From an uncultured virus (IMG/VR IMGVR_UViG_3300025327_000020) (Duplodnaviria > Heunggongvirae > Uroviricota > Caudoviricetes): a stretch of DNA of 26,699 nucleotides. Positions within the stretch are counted from its first letter, which is position 1, and each line of letters opens with the position of its first letter. Shown here in pieces: positions 16,231 through 23,268 of this stretch. Where the stretch lies: the IMG/VR virus record IMGVR_UViG_3300025327_000020. One strand, written 5' to 3'. The notes under the pieces are model-generated. The model did no database searches. It was given only the letters and a program-made list of their open reading frames with translations, and had not been told where the DNA came from. Made by a program: the position numbers and the translations under genes.

Positions 16231-16614
16231 TTAATAACTAGCGTAGTTACTCCACTTCGTAATATACTCGTTAGGAACTCGTTTCCTCACTCCTGGTCTT
16301 TTGCCGTAAGCAGGCTTTTTCCAGTAGCAGTCCCCGCACACCGACACCCACCTCCACGCTGTCAGATTTTGCTTATCCGCTTCTGCAGAATCGACGGTGA
16401 TGGCTGCCTGCCACTGCACCATGGGGCCGACGAACTCCTTGCCGCAGCAATAGCATTGTTCAGGGGGGGTGGTTCGTTGGTGCTTACCTCCACGGTTCAT
16501 GTCTTTTATCCATTCCTTTTCCTCCTCTTGGGACATAGTGGGATGAGTATGTAGTTCTTTAGTACATTGTCCACGAGTAAGAGTACACTTTCCAATTACT
16601 ATTCTATAAAACAT
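16231..16614 (-). CDS. Hypothetical Cys-rich protein
   Basis: ORF with CYCCG...VCGDC. Start is ATG16614 or TTG16620, and the stop lies 1 nt upstream of the mini-tmRNA. Confidence 0.6.
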   Translation of the reverse strand: MFYRIVIGKCTLTRGQCTKELHTHPTMSQEEEKEWIKDMNRGGKHQRTTPPEQCYCCGKEFVGPMVQWQAAITVDSAEADKQNLTAWRWVSVCGDCYWKKPAYGKRPGVRKRVPNEYITKWSNYASY

Positions 16615-17120
16615 TGGCAAGTAGGGCAGTGACGAACTTTATTATGAGTTTGTGTTTCCATCGTTGCCCACCTAATGTTACTTGGTTCATAATTACCCTG
16701 CCCATCTATGCGGTCTAGTCCTCCATCCGCCCAATCTGGTCTCCACCCTACATCAGAAAGGAAATTCGCAAAGCCGTTTTTTCCAAGCCAGCTATCGCAG
16801 ACTATGATTCCTCGCCCACCATAATGATGATAGGCAGGGTCGTTTGTCCTGTAGCATCTCGACCTCATACTTATCCAAGTATGATATTCTGTTGAAGTAG
16901 TTAATCCATGTTTGACAGCGAGGTTAATAGTAGGGTTTCCATGTCTGCGTATTCTCATGTGATGCTTGCTGCAATAACCATCGCAGAACGCTTTCTCTAG
17001 ACATTTTTCAATCTTGCAAAGAGGGCGACACTCGCGGGTACAAAATCTTTGATTATGTATATTTGGGGTAAAGTCTATTCCACATGACTCACAGCTTTTA
17101 TTAGCATATTCTTTCCCCAT
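16599..17120 (-). CDS. HNH endonuclease with N-terminal zinc fingers
   Basis: WISMRSRC...YGGRGIIVCDSW...LDRIDGQGNYEPSNIRWAT is typical of phage HNH proteins. Confidence 0.85.
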   Translation of the reverse strand: MGKEYANKSCESCGIDFTPNIHNQRFCTRECRPLCKIEKCLEKAFCDGYCSKHHMRIRRHGNPTINLAVKHGLTTSTEYHTWISMRSRCYRTNDPAYHHYGGRGIIVCDSWLGKNGFANFLSDVGWRPDWADGGLDRIDGQGNYEPSNIRWATMETQTHNKVRHCPTCQCFIE

Positions 17121-17122
17121 GT

Positions 17123-17866
17123 CTAGTATACCCTCAACGGCGTCGCGCCAAGATTCCTGAACTTCACCAGATACTCGAATATCCGCTCAAGCTCCTCCAC
17201 ATCCTTCTGGCAGTGGTCAACAATATATTTCATGGCCGTGCTATTGCCCTTCATTGCAGCGTTCCACACAGAGCCGATAAGACGCGTCTTGTTTGATTCA
17301 CCCAGGAGTGTTTCTCCGACGGCCTGTTGACGGTTGCTATGCATAGCCAGTTGGCTCCGTGCCGTATAGTACAAGTCCACATGTCGAATGTGAGATAATG
17401 GCGCGTGACCTGATACGAGCAGTCTTGTTTGCAGAAAGGGCAAATCAAAGCCAGTTCCATACCATGTGATGATGTAGTCATATTTCATCAACTCCTCACG
17501 GATTCTGTCCGCCACTGTTCCGTCCCCTTGTCGTCCCGCAACGAATGTCTTTGTGTTTCCACCGACATTCTTAACACATCCGCAAAGAATTTCTCCGATA
17601 CTCGCGTTGAGGTTGGAAGTCTCAAGGTCAAAAGTAGCGAAAGATTTGTTCTCCAATATCCACGCGTTTTTCGCCTTGTTCTCCTCTGCACGGAGCAGCT
17701 TCTTTGTCTCCTGTGCCTGCCATGTCTGCTCATCATATAGTGGTTCCTCTGTCACTGCCTGTCGGCGTACATTCTCCATGTGCCGCTTGCATTTCTGCGA
17801 ACAGTAGGTTTGGTTGTGTACTTGAGGCTCAAACGCAACCGAGCACTCATTACTTTGACAAATCAT
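17123..17866 (-). CDS. RNase H-like (DEDD, RNase_H_2/YprB-type) exonuclease with N-terminal zinc finger
   Basis: Motifs FDLETS, WYGTGFDLPFL, HVDLY and HCQKDV. Confidence 0.8.
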   Translation of the reverse strand: MICQSNECSVAFEPQVHNQTYCSQKCKRHMENVRRQAVTEEPLYDEQTWQAQETKKLLRAEENKAKNAWILENKSFATFDLETSNLNASIGEILCGCVKNVGGNTKTFVAGRQGDGTVADRIREELMKYDYIITWYGTGFDLPFLQTRLLVSGHAPLSHIRHVDLYYTARSQLAMHSNRQQAVGETLLGESNKTRLIGSVWNAAMKGNSTAMKYIVDHCQKDVEELERIFEYLVKFRNLGATPLRVY

Positions 17867-18452
17867 GCAGTTCCTCCGCGACCTTCAACGCCCGCTCCAA
17901 ATTAAACACTCGATGTAGACCTGGCTGCTTAGGGAGATGGACGTTGTATTGGTACGTTGGCATCACAACCTGGATACCGCTGTCCAATAACTCCTGTGCG
18001 TACTTCGGGCTGTCATCTATCATCACGTTAATCTTCAGCAGCTTGCAGTGTTCGGATTTCTCTTCACCCTTCTTCACCCGTATGATGAAAGCATTGGGCA
18101 TCCCATAGTTCTCCAACCACTGATGAGTCTGCTTGGCAGAATTGCCGCCGTCTCTCCTCGTGATGAACACGATAGGGTGCTTGTTGTATATCTCTCGTAG
18201 ATAATCCATGTTGTACAGGGGCTCAACACCTAGCCAAAAATTGCCATTGTCCAGTGTGAGTATGGACTTCCACGTTGCCTCTATTATCCCACTATGTGCG
18301 TACCACTCATCCCACTTCCACGATTCCACATCCATGTAATCGACAATCGGTGCCTCATCGGGGAATAATCTATTTGCGCGGGTGGAGAACGCCTTGACAA
18401 AGTTACAAACTACTCCGTCCATGTCGCAGCCTATGATACTCAAGGCTTCCAC
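17850..18452 (-). CDS. HAD-family 5'(3')-deoxyribonucleotidase (NT5C-like)
   Basis: Motifs CDMDGVVCNF, VFITRR, EKS, MIDDSP and YN. Confidence 0.85.
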   Translation of the reverse strand: MEALSIIGCDMDGVVCNFVKAFSTRANRLFPDEAPIVDYMDVESWKWDEWYAHSGIIEATWKSILTLDNGNFWLGVEPLYNMDYLREIYNKHPIVFITRRDGGNSAKQTHQWLENYGMPNAFIIRVKKGEEKSEHCKLLKINVMIDDSPKYAQELLDSGIQVVMPTYQYNVHLPKQPGLHRVFNLERALKVAEELHDLSK

Positions 18453-18874
18453 CTTCTTTGTGCTTCCTTAAATTTCAAGTAATAATTTTCTTGCGTACTT
18501 AACATCTCCTCAGTTCTTCCTCTGCCACCTGGATTAGAGGGACAGTCTTGTCTATATTGTAAGGCTAACTCAAATAAATGCTTCTTGATGAAAAGAGAAG
18601 GAGAGATATGACTAAAAAATCTATCCAAATCGTTAGAGATTACTCTCCAAACACCACACCCATCCTTACGTATACCAACGGTACCCCCATAAAGTAACTT
18701 AGTGCTCTCCAGAAGAGGAATACATCTGTTAGTTATTTGTCCCACAAGACTATACGTTGGCTTTCCGCTAGTGCTTCCGGTCATGGATTTATATAAGGAT
18801 AGACTACCTTCTCCATCGAAAATCCCAGCAAGATAAGCTACTCCAAAAAACTGTGGTTTGTTTTCATGCTCCAT
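18440..18874 (-). CDS. Free-standing LAGLIDADG homing endonuclease-like protein
   Basis: Motif YLAGIFDGEGS, plus YGG, WRV and PSLFIKK. It overlaps both neighbours. Confidence 0.85.
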   Translation of the reverse strand: MEHENKPQFFGVAYLAGIFDGEGSLSLYKSMTGSTSGKPTYSLVGQITNRCIPLLESTKLLYGGTVGIRKDGCGVWRVISNDLDRFFSHISPSLFIKKHLFELALQYRQDCPSNPGGRGRTEEMLSTQENYYLKFKEAQRRWKP

Positions 18875-19344
18875 TTATACAGTGCATCCAATCTGTGTGC
18901 TAACATTCCCTGTAGACAGTGTGCCACGCGGACTGTACCTTGACAGGAGACGAGGAGATTGTCGAAATCGATGTCACCCCAAGGCTCGTAGCCTGGGCGC
19001 TTGTATTCTTTTCTGTGGTCGATGAGAAGGATTGGGAACGCTCCTCCTTCCACTGCTTTGCGAAGTCGCCCAAGTTGCGAAGATAAGCGCGAAAGGTCTC
19101 TCGCATCTGCGGGTGTTTTCCGTTCGACAATAACGAGTCCGAGTTTAGAATTCCATCTATAATCTCCAAGTGGGATTCTCTCGGTGACTGTTGCATACCC
19201 CATCCCGTTGAGGAGAAGTTGTGTAAGCCGGTCAAGGTCTTCTCTGTCGTCGATGGTGATGATACGCTCGCGCCTTTGGCGTAGTAGCTTGCCCCCATAG
19301 TTGAAAGCCTCTCCTGCAATCTCTTTCTTTTGTTTTCCATTCAC
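18838..19344 (-). CDS. ERCC4-domain nuclease (possible resolvase)
   Basis: IDDRE...LGDY...VERKTPAD matches the GDxnERKxxxD signature. Confidence 0.8.
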   Translation of the reverse strand: MNGKQKKEIAGEAFNYGGKLLRQRRERIITIDDREDLDRLTQLLLNGMGYATVTERIPLGDYRWNSKLGLVIVERKTPADARDLSRLSSQLGRLRKAVEGGAFPILLIDHRKEYKRPGYEPWGDIDFDNLLVSCQGTVRVAHCLQGMLAHRLDALYKWSMKTNHSFLE

Positions 19345-19535
19345 GTCACTCTCCTTGGTCTGAACGTGTAAGCAAGAGCCGAGCCAGGTATCTCGTACTT
19401 TCCTTCTTCTGCGTTAATAATTATTGTATATTGTGTTCTCTGAAACCTGAATAAGTCGGCTACTATCACCTTACCTGTGGTCAGGTGTACTTCTATTTGT
19501 TCGGCTGGTTTTCGTTCTTCTTCTTCGTCTCTCAT
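19341..19535 (-). CDS. Hypothetical protein (64 aa)
   Basis: Likely start is ATG19535 (MRDEEE), with AGGAG RBS and TAATG coupling. Confidence 0.6.
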   Translation of the reverse strand: MRDEEEERKPAEQIEVHLTTGKVIVADLFRFQRTQYTIIINAEEGKYEIPGSALAYTFRPRRVT

Positions 19536-19615
19536 TACTCTCCTATCGGGGGCAGTAGCACACGCACTGTGAGGAATATAAGCCAGATAAACATTGCTCC
19601 AACTATGAAATCCAT
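19535..19615 (-). CDS. Small membrane peptide (26 aa)
   Basis: MDFIVGAMFIWLIFLTVRVLLPPIGE, with TAATG coupling at both ends and GGAG upstream. Confidence 0.6.
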   Translation of the reverse strand: MDFIVGAMFIWLIFLTVRVLLPPIGE

Positions 19616-20169
19616 TACTTCTCCAACTCTTCAGCGGCGGTAGCCCACGCATCTAGGGGACTTTGCCCACTCTCTATCCGCTTTTCGGCTATGAATTCAA
19701 TAGAAGCGAATTCTTTGCCAAGTTCGTTTGCCCTAATTATAACGAAGGCTCTTATCTCCGCTGCGTCCTCTGGCAAATCATCGTCTGCCCCAAGGTACAA
19801 ATCCAACGCAACCCCCCACCGAGCACATGCTCTACGCAGTGCCTTAGATGTGGCCGACTGCAACGCATCTCCATAAGAGGCGTTCGGATTACTCTGTTGG
19901 TACTTGTGTGACCCATATGCCTGCTGCGAACCTTCTGGTGTAGCTACTTCAACCATCACCAGAACCTCTCCACCTTGTATCTTAGGGTCAGCGATATATC
20001 TTAAACTCCAATTGGAACCAAAGGCTTCATTCATCCTCCGCGCTACCCATGCCCAAGGGACATACGAAAGACTCATACCTCCAGGGCCAGGACGTTTGTA
20101 GATGGCAGTCTTTGGTGTTTTCTTGCCTAGCACTTTGCTAGGTTCGTATGGTATTATTGCTTTATCCAT
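19615..20169 (-). CDS. Rad52/22-family (Sak-like) single-strand annealing protein
   Basis: KRPGPGGMSLSYV...RRMNEAFGSNWS...ALQSATSKALRRACARWGVALDLY. AAGGAG RBS precedes ATG20169. Confidence 0.85.
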   Translation of the reverse strand: MDKAIIPYEPSKVLGKKTPKTAIYKRPGPGGMSLSYVPWAWVARRMNEAFGSNWSLRYIADPKIQGGEVLVMVEVATPEGSQQAYGSHKYQQSNPNASYGDALQSATSKALRRACARWGVALDLYLGADDDLPEDAAEIRAFVIIRANELGKEFASIEFIAEKRIESGQSPLDAWATAAEELEK

Positions 20170-20983
20170 ATGTCTCCTTACATGTCGGTTGGTAAATACA
20201 ATAACCACACGGAAAGGATTTCGTTACCCCGTCCTTCTTGAAGGGCACCCCATCATACTCCCGTGGTGGTGCAGCGTCTGACTGCGCATCTTCGTGAATC
20301 ATATCCCCCCTTGCCAAACCTACTAAGATGTCCTGTTCCCTTTTTTGCACAATCTCAAGATACACGAGGGGAAGGTCGTAGCTCTTACCATACTTCTTCC
20401 ACTGTCGCATGAGAGATTGGAGTAGGGCTGGGTCTGCAGGGGAAGCAAGATAGAGTGCCCAATCCCGCCCACTGGCATGTAGATATAGCTGGCACTGCAT
20501 GTATTCGTTCGGCTCTTCATAGGCAATTCCGTTTCCTTCTATCAGTTTCTTGTATCCCCATCCGGTCTTGTCTTTTAGTTCTAGCAGTGCGTTGTCTCCG
20601 ATATAGCCATCGGGATGCGCTCGCATATGTAGTCCACAAGACCACGGCTTGTCTGGCAGAGTAACCGGAAGCCCTGCCGATGACAAAATTGCCATCCAAT
20701 ACGGCTCTATGACTACCCCTGCCGCTGCTCTCTTTAGCCATGCGGCAGGAATAACCACGTCCGGCTCGTACTCTCGTACCTTGAACCACTGCTGCAAACG
20801 GCAATCCATGACCGAGGATGGGGAGGGAACAGTATGTATCATGGCAAGATGCTTGGCCAAATACTGTGGCATCTGAGTACCAAGTTCTCCGAGTAATCGG
20901 AGTGATTCTTCACTCCCCATCTCTTCAATGGCAGCGTAGATTTTCTGTCGAAGGTCGTCTAGGTTGGGTGGGTCAAGGCGCAT
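20162..20983 (-). CDS. Cas4-like PD-(D/E)xK exonuclease
   Basis: Motifs SPSSVMDC, HPDG, LLELK, QCQLY and C-terminal CxxCxxxxxC (1+3 Cys Fe-S staple). Confidence 0.8.
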   Translation of the reverse strand: MRLDPPNLDDLRQKIYAAIEEMGSEESLRLLGELGTQMPQYLAKHLAMIHTVPSPSSVMDCRLQQWFKVREYEPDVVIPAAWLKRAAAGVVIEPYWMAILSSAGLPVTLPDKPWSCGLHMRAHPDGYIGDNALLELKDKTGWGYKKLIEGNGIAYEEPNEYMQCQLYLHASGRDWALYLASPADPALLQSLMRQWKKYGKSYDLPLVYLEIVQKREQDILVGLARGDMIHEDAQSDAAPPREYDGVPFKKDGVTKSFPCGYCIYQPTCKETYG

Positions 20984-21866
20984 CATTCTCCTCACCATAT
21001 TCCGACTCTGCCTGCAACGCACCCTCCGGTGAGTTAGGAGCGCCACCAATCAGTGCATCAAATGCTTTCTTCTTCATATCCTCACGCTTCTTCTCGCACT
21101 GTTTAGAGGTCTTTGAAGGGTCAACGACGAAGTCAAATACCTGCTCTTCAAGGAACTGATAGATAGTCTTCGGGCTGACAGACCACATCATGTGAGTAAT
21201 AGCATCTGCTGAAAAGCCAGCAAAGGCCACCGCAATACGGGCCGTCACACCTATGACTTCCCCTGTTTCTTGACTAAGCACGGCACCACCAGAGTTTCCG
21301 TAAATACCAGGGGCAGTGGTAAGGGTATATGGGTAATTGTCAATAGTGAAATCGAAACCTCCAATATGTCCTTCTGTCACCAGCGGAGGGGCACCCAAAC
21401 CACAGCCAACAGTATAAACTGGGGTGAAGATAAAGAGCTTCTTCTCTACATCACTGGGCTTAATGATTGGTGCTACGAACTCAACCTTCTGAGTTGCACG
21501 TAGTCTAAGCAAAGCTAAGTCCTTCTGGTCATCCCATGCCATAAGGTCAGCGCGTTTGGTCATAGCGTCTGTGATACGAGATAGATTCTCATACCCGAAG
21601 AACTCAACCATGCCCTCTGACCTCTTCTCTACCTTGATGTCCCGCCCCACTGTCGGATGCCACTTCTCCTGAACATCGATGAGAGGAGATATAACATGAT
21701 GATTCGTGAGAATATAGGTCTCAAACTCCTTTGCCTTCGGGGTGACAGGGGCAGAGTACACAACGATACCACTGCCCCCATTGCCCCCACCGCTGCTACT
21801 GGGAGCCACTACCCGTACAATGGGGTAGAGAAACTTCTCATGCTTGGCTCTGATTTGGGCGTCCAT
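20973..21866 (-). CDS. Trypsin-like serine protease (S1C/HtrA-like domain, no PDZ)
   Basis: Motifs GSGIVV, YILTNHHVI (His), DLALL (Asp) and GNSGGAV (Ser). Confidence 0.85.
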   Translation of the reverse strand: MDAQIRAKHEKFLYPIVRVVAPSSSGGGNGGSGIVVYSAPVTPKAKEFETYILTNHHVISPLIDVQEKWHPTVGRDIKVEKRSEGMVEFFGYENLSRITDAMTKRADLMAWDDQKDLALLRLRATQKVEFVAPIIKPSDVEKKLFIFTPVYTVGCGLGAPPLVTEGHIGGFDFTIDNYPYTLTTAPGIYGNSGGAVLSQETGEVIGVTARIAVAFAGFSADAITHMMWSVSPKTIYQFLEEQVFDFVVDPSKTSKQCEKKREDMKKKAFDALIGGAPNSPEGALQAESEYGEENDAP

Positions 21867-21867
21867 A

Positions 21868-22635
21868 CTATATAATCCCTGCTTCCTTCAATGCTGGAAC
21901 CAACTTACCGCCAGCGGCGAGTCCAAGGATGGACGCACCGTTGAGTGTCTTGCCTGTGCCTATGGACTGAATTGCACGAAGAACGGCACCACGGTCGTCT
22001 AGGTCAACGTTCCTGAGAATTTCCCCAACCTTCGCAGCCACATCCTCATTACCATTGTCAGTAATTTCAATGGTAGTAATAGCAGTAGCTACACCAACGC
22101 TAACTGGATTACCCTGTTCCCGCTCTTCACGAGACGGCACTGTGCGAACGTCTCCATCATACACGAAGTCCTTACCAAGTCGCTCAACTGGCATCGGTGC
22201 AGGACGACCAGTGGGGAATTCGATAGGCTCAATGATGAATGTCTCACCAATCTCTTCACCTGTGTAATCTGGCGAATCAGGATAGGCTACAATGCCTAGC
22301 CCTGCGAATGCCTGAGCACACACAAAGGGGCGCTGAGTCTTGTCCATCAATTGGTCGCTATCGCCTCTATCGTATGTCCCGTCCTGTTGCTTGCCCAAGG
22401 ACTGCCATACTCGACTACCGAATTCAATCCTCAGTGGATTACCATCAGAAAACTGGGCGTCCAACGTCTCATAAACGATGTGCCAGAAATCTACATAAGT
22501 ACCGGCAGAGATGCCAGACTTCTCCTTGAGTTTCAGCGGCATGTCTACAATCTCGTTGGTCACGAGTCTTGCAAAGTTACGCCGAGGGAACGAGCGTCGG
22601 TCGGGAGCAGCCAATGGGTCTGCTGTCTTTGTCAT
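21868..22635 (-). CDS. Hypothetical protein, possibly ssDNA-binding
   Basis: 255-aa ORF, first gene after a strong promoter in the recombination operon. The function is inferred from context only. Confidence 0.6.
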   Translation of the reverse strand: MTKTADPLAAPDRRSFPRRNFARLVTNEIVDMPLKLKEKSGISAGTYVDFWHIVYETLDAQFSDGNPLRIEFGSRVWQSLGKQQDGTYDRGDSDQLMDKTQRPFVCAQAFAGLGIVAYPDSPDYTGEEIGETFIIEPIEFPTGRPAPMPVERLGKDFVYDGDVRTVPSREEREQGNPVSVGVATAITTIEITDNGNEDVAAKVGEILRNVDLDDRGAVLRAIQSIGTGKTLNGASILGLAAGGKLVPALKEAGII

Positions 22636-22815
22636 TAAAATGGGTATCCTTTCTCTCCTGAATGAATTATCCTTACCTGTTTATTCGGTTGTAGATTCTT
22701 GCTGTTTCACCTCCTCCTTTCTTGTTACAATTGGCTGGTAGGATAGACCCTGCCCATTGCGGGATTGCTACTGCCCACCACTTCCGCCACCGCATCCATT
22801 TCGAGCACCACACAC

Positions 22816-22844
22816 ATTGTACCATGCGGCGGCGGATTTGTCAA
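22816..22844 (-). promoter_or_regulatory. sigma70-type promoter
   Basis: TTGACA (22844-22839), 17-nt spacer, TACAAT (22821-22816), with TG extension. Confidence 0.85.
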
Positions 22845-22851
22845 GTCCTTA

Positions 22852-23268
22852 CTATTTGCCTTTAAGCGTATGCAATTGTACCCCTAGAGTTTCCCGTAAC
22901 TCGAAATCTCCTTCCTTCAATTTCTTTCTGGTGCCACCTTTTTTATATGTTGGAAATCTCAACGCTAATTCAGCCTGTTCCTGTTTAATTACCAAATATG
23001 GTCGCATCTTTTTTAGAGCGGACTGTGCTTCTACACCGCACAAACTATAAACCCATATAGGTTTCCTGTTATAGCTATCTTTATTCCTAGGTTCATAAGG
23101 CCCGTTCAGTCTTCCTCCGAACAAGTTTAGCAGAACAAGCAGAGAGCGGTTGTCTGTAGAATCTATAGTTACTCTAACTATATGCCCGTAAGATGTATTC
23201 TTTGTTATATTGATACACCCCTCACCGTCTACATATCCAGCCGCCCAAGCTGTTTCTGTTTCTTTCAT
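22852..23268 (-). CDS. Free-standing LAGLIDADG homing endonuclease-like protein
   Basis: Motif WAAGYVDGEGC, plus LFGG and MRPYLVIKQEQAELAL. ATG23268 overlaps the polymerase TGA. Confidence 0.88.
   Translation of the reverse strand: MKETETAWAAGYVDGEGCINITKNTSYGHIVRVTIDSTDNRSLLVLLNLFGGRLNGPYEPRNKDSYNRKPIWVYSLCGVEAQSALKKMRPYLVIKQEQAELALRFPTYKKGGTRKKLKEGDFELRETLGVQLHTLKGK

Noticed and set aside
15888..16234. + strand ORFs 15888..16073 and 15947..16234
   Set aside because: They are antisense to the tRNA, mini-tmRNA and promoter, which explain the sequence better.
18440..18874. 3'-end duplications around the second and third LAGLIDADG genes like that at 8411/8817
   Set aside because: No convincing nucleotide or peptide repeat of the ERCC4 or polA C-termini was found by eye after these endonucleases.
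20162..20983. CRISPR-Cas system suggested by the Cas4-like gene
   Set aside because: No repeat-spacer array or other cas genes are visible. Solo Cas4-like exonucleases are common in phage recombination modules.
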